Under the pieces are notes generated by a model. The model did no database searches, had not been told where the DNA came from, and saw only the letters and a program-made list of their open reading frames with translations. A stretch of 24,000 nt of DNA from Spirochaetia bacterium (GTDB lineage Bacteria > Spirochaetota > Spirochaetia > CADAEX01). The DNA is taken from NCBI GenBank assembly GCA_017649605.1, contig JAGCGL010000062.1:1-24000 (forward strand), read 5' to 3'. Shown one piece after another: positions 22,278-24,000 of this stretch (its first letter is position 1; each line of letters begins with the position of its first letter). The position numbers and the translations under genes are program-made.

Positions 22278-22588
22278 CAGTCTATATCCTCAACACTTTC
22301 TTCCAAAGGTTCTTTGCGTGCCTCAAGGAGTGATTCTCTCATCCTTGGTATTGAACAGAGGTACAGGGTTTCCTGCTCCGAATTCCAATCTCCACTTTTT
22401 TTCAATAACTCTGGTTGGATCCGCCCATCTGCCATAAAATCAGGAGTAAACATAGAAAGGCCTTTTTCGAATTCTGACCAATCAACGAGTTTATTTTCTT
22501 TAATCTGCTGAATTCCAATCTTTAAATCTTTGGACAAGCGTTTATCAGCAAGTATTTCTAATGTTTCTTCATAATCTTTATAATCCAT
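22277..22588 (-). CDS. small acidic protein (103 aa) built from antitoxin-like C-terminal motifs
   Basis: I prefer ATG 22588 ('MDYKDYEE...', preceded by GGAAG). The track's 22618 start is a TTG. The Phd/YefM-type motif occurs twice: 'YEETLEILADKRLSKDLKIGIQQIKENKLVDW' and 'EQETLYLCSIPRMRESLLEARKE'. There is also a VapB/VagC-like 'TPDFMADGRIQPE'. No N-terminal DNA-binding fold is evident. Confidence 0.45.
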   Translation of the reverse strand: MDYKDYEETLEILADKRLSKDLKIGIQQIKENKLVDWSEFEKGLSMFTPDFMADGRIQPELLKKSGDWNSEQETLYLCSIPRMRESLLEARKEPLEESVEDID

Positions 22589-22630
22589 GTTAACTTCCCA
22601 TTTATTAGTATATATCAATTATTTTAAGTG

Positions 22631-22639
22631 TGCTATAAT
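22631..22639 (+). promoter_or_regulatory. candidate extended -10 promoter (TGnTATAAT) for murD
   Basis: 'TGCTATAAT' at 22631-22639, GGAGG SD at 22648-22652, ATG at 22660. There is no good -35, which extended -10 promoters tolerate. Pattern match only. Confidence 0.35.
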
Positions 22640-22647
22640 TATTTCTT
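22638..22647. repeat. right copy of the 10-nt direct repeat ATTATTTCTT flanking the AT-rich island
   Basis: It matches 21308-21317 exactly and overlaps the putative murD -10/leader. Confidence 0.3.
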
Positions 22648-22659
22648 GGAGGGGGACAG

Positions 22660-24000
22660 ATGGAAGACTACAGGAACAAGAAAATCACCATCATGGGGCT
22701 GGGGCTCAATGGCGGTGGGATGGCTGCGGCCAAGTTCTTCGCATCGAAAGGGGCTCTGGTGACTGTCACCGACCTGCGTTCAGAGCAGATTCTCAAGCCT
22801 TCCATGGACATGCTCTCCGGCTACGATATCCGGTATGTGCTTGAGAAGCACGATTTCGCCGATTTTGAGAACGCCGACATAGTAATCAAGAACCCTGCTG
22901 TTCCACTCACTTCCCCCTACCTGGCAAAAGCAAAAAGGATCGAGACCGACATCTCCATATTCCTCTCGGAATTCAAGGGAGATGTGATTGCTGTCACCGG
23001 AAGCAAGGGGAAATCCACCACTGTCTCTGCCATCTACCACGGGATGAAAAAGCTTAATGAGGACACCTTCCTCGGGGGCAATATCACTATCTCGCCGCTC
23101 TCTTTTCTGGAAGAGCTTACTGACAAGTCGCTGGTGATCCTGGAACTCTCATCCTGGCAGCTGGCTGATATCCGGGGCAAGGGGCTTCTTAAGCCGGTAG
23201 TATCGGTTATCACAAATATAATGCATGAGCATCAGAACCGGTACAATTCGGTGCAGGAATATGCTGATGACAAGAAGGTGATCTACCAGAGCCAGACAAA
23301 GGAGCAGTACACGCTCTGCAATTATGACGATGAATATGGGAAACAGTTCTTCGACGAGACCCCGGCCCACCCGATCTGGTTCTCTGGCGCCGATATGGGA
23401 AAAGATGAGCAAGTATGGCTCGATGGAAGAAAAGGCTTTATAAAACTGAGCGGGAAAACCGAGCAGATACTGCCTGAGAAGCTCCTTATTCCCGGGGAAC
23501 ACAATAGGAAGAATATGCTGATCGCAGCTGCTACAATGTATCTCTATGGCTTCAAGGGCACTGATATAATGAACGCTCTGGCCGACTTCAAGGGAATTCC
23601 CCACCGGCTTGAGTTTATCCGCGAATATAACGGCAGGAAGTTCTACAACGACACCACAGCCACTATACCACAGGCCTGCCTTGCCGCAGTGAAGAGCTTT
23701 GATGAGCCGGTTGTCCTTATCGCGGGTGGCACTGACAAGAACCTCCTCTTCGACCTGCTGCCCGAGATTGCAAAGGCAGCCAAGAAGATGTACCTCCTCA
23801 AGGGAAGCGCCACAGACAAGATGATTGCTGAACTGGATGCCCACAGTTGCCCTTACAACGGTCCATACAGCACCCTTGGAGAGGCTTTTGATGCAGCATA
23901 CGCCGGATCTACCGCAGGAGACGTGATTCTTTTCTCTCCAGGAGCCACATCGTTTGAGCTTTTCAAGAACGAGTTTGACCGCGGCAATTCTTTTAAGGAA
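22660..24000 (+). CDS. murD: UDP-N-acetylmuramoyl-L-alanine--D-glutamate ligase, 3'-truncated by window end
   Basis: My own translation of frame +1 from ATG 22660 (447 codons, no stop inside the window, hence absent from the track): 'KITIMGLGLNGGGMAAAKFFASKGALVTVTD', P-loop 'IAVTGSKGKSTT', 'LSSWQL', 'ITNIMHEHQNRY', 'GEHNRKN', 'GIPHRLE', 'NDTTATIP', 'IAGGTDK', 'SPGATSFELFKNEFDRGNSF'. Confidence 0.9.
   Translation, partial: MEDYRNKKITIMGLGLNGGGMAAAKFFASKGALVTVTDLRSEQILKPSMDMLSGYDIRYVLEKHDFADFENADIVIKNPAVPLTSPYLAKAKRIETDISIFLSEFKGDVIAVTGSKGKSTTVSAIYHGMKKLNEDTFLGGNITISPLSFLEELTDKSLVILELSSWQLADIRGKGLLKPVVSVITNIMHEHQNRYNSVQEYADDKKVIYQSQTKEQYTLCNYDDEYGKQFFDETPAHPIWFSGADMGKDEQVWLDGRKGFIKLSGKTEQILPEKLLIPGEHNRKNMLIAAATMYLYGFKGTDIMNALADFKGIPHRLEFIREYNGRKFYNDTTATIPQACLAAVKSFDEPVVLIAGGTDKNLLFDLLPEIAKAAKKMYLLKGSATDKMIAELDAHSCPYNGPYSTLGEAFDAAYAGSTAGDVILFSPGATSFELFKNEFDRGNSFKE

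Larger units (their letters stand above)
21306..22659. other. AT-rich two-gene island (putative horizontally acquired insertion) between tatD and murD
   Basis: GC counted on single 60-nt lines: 21661-21720 23%, 21901-21960 28%, 22381-22440 38%. Flank lines: 20941-21000 58% and 22741-22800 57%. The island is bounded by a 10-nt direct repeat, ATTATTTCTT. No integrase or transposase is present. Confidence 0.5.

Noticed and set aside
22589-22618. A 10-codon N-terminal extension of the small island ORF, as listed in the track (113 aa).
   Set aside because: The codon at 22616-22618 is TTG, and the extension (IYTNKWEVN) runs into the putative murD promoter region. ATG 22588, with GGAAG upstream, is the more plausible start. 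Neither is proven.
22660-24000. murD appears outside a dcw (mraY-murD-ftsW) context.
   Set aside because: The downstream genes lie beyond the window, and mur gene order is not conserved in all phyla. This cannot be judged from the window.
1-24000. A search by eye for CRISPR repeats, tRNA/rRNA, IS elements with inverted repeats, integrases and riboswitch-sized leaders.
   Set aside because: I found no periodic direct repeats, no cloverleaf-like GC-rich segments, no transposase or recombinase motifs in any frame, and no 5' UTR longer than ~80 nt. Absence by eye is not proof; tRNAscan-SE, Infernal/Rfam and ISfinder should confirm it.

Overview
This is a 24-kb bacterial chromosomal window with 20 protein-coding genes, two of them cut by the window edges. 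I saw no rRNA, tRNA, CRISPR array, transposase or integrase. All calls rest on motifs recognised by eye in the supplied translations and on reading gene junctions directly; no database search was possible. The taxon cannot be determined. Strong AAGGAG-type SD sites and Fe-S activase content suggest an anaerobe.

Layout:
(i) 1-2714: a partial ORF, a TPM(YgcG-like)+LemA membrane-protein pair, and a convergent pyrC.
(ii) 2774-13832 (+): one densely packed, translationally coupled nine-gene operon. It encodes a D-2-hydroxyacid dehydrogenase, a YbdL/KAT-type aminotransferase, an AzoR/AcpD-type flavoreductase, an NspC-like (carboxynorspermidine decarboxylase family) enzyme, a CxxCxxCC-type Cys-cluster protein, a GNAT, a divergent fold-type-I PLP enzyme, a single-module A-T-C NRPS with atypical core motifs, and a MATE exporter fused to a degenerate SpoIIAB/RsbW-like GHKL domain. 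This is my best candidate for an undescribed system. The predicted product is a 2-hydroxy/2-oxo-acyl amide of a decarboxylase-derived (polyamine-like) amine.
(iii) 22588->13840 (-): a 1.35-kb AT-rich island (23-38% GC in spot counts against 57-58% in the flanks) carrying an antitoxin-like small ORF and a GIY-YIG nuclease with an unknown N-terminal domain. I treat this as a candidate toxin/defence or selfish module. Downstream of it come tatD, DUF1846, a 1425-aa double-activase/dehydratase-like Fe-S fusion protein, and a prephenate dehydratase with a signal peptide.
(iv) 22660-24000 (+): murD, 3'-truncated.

No convincing intrinsic terminator was found anywhere in the window.
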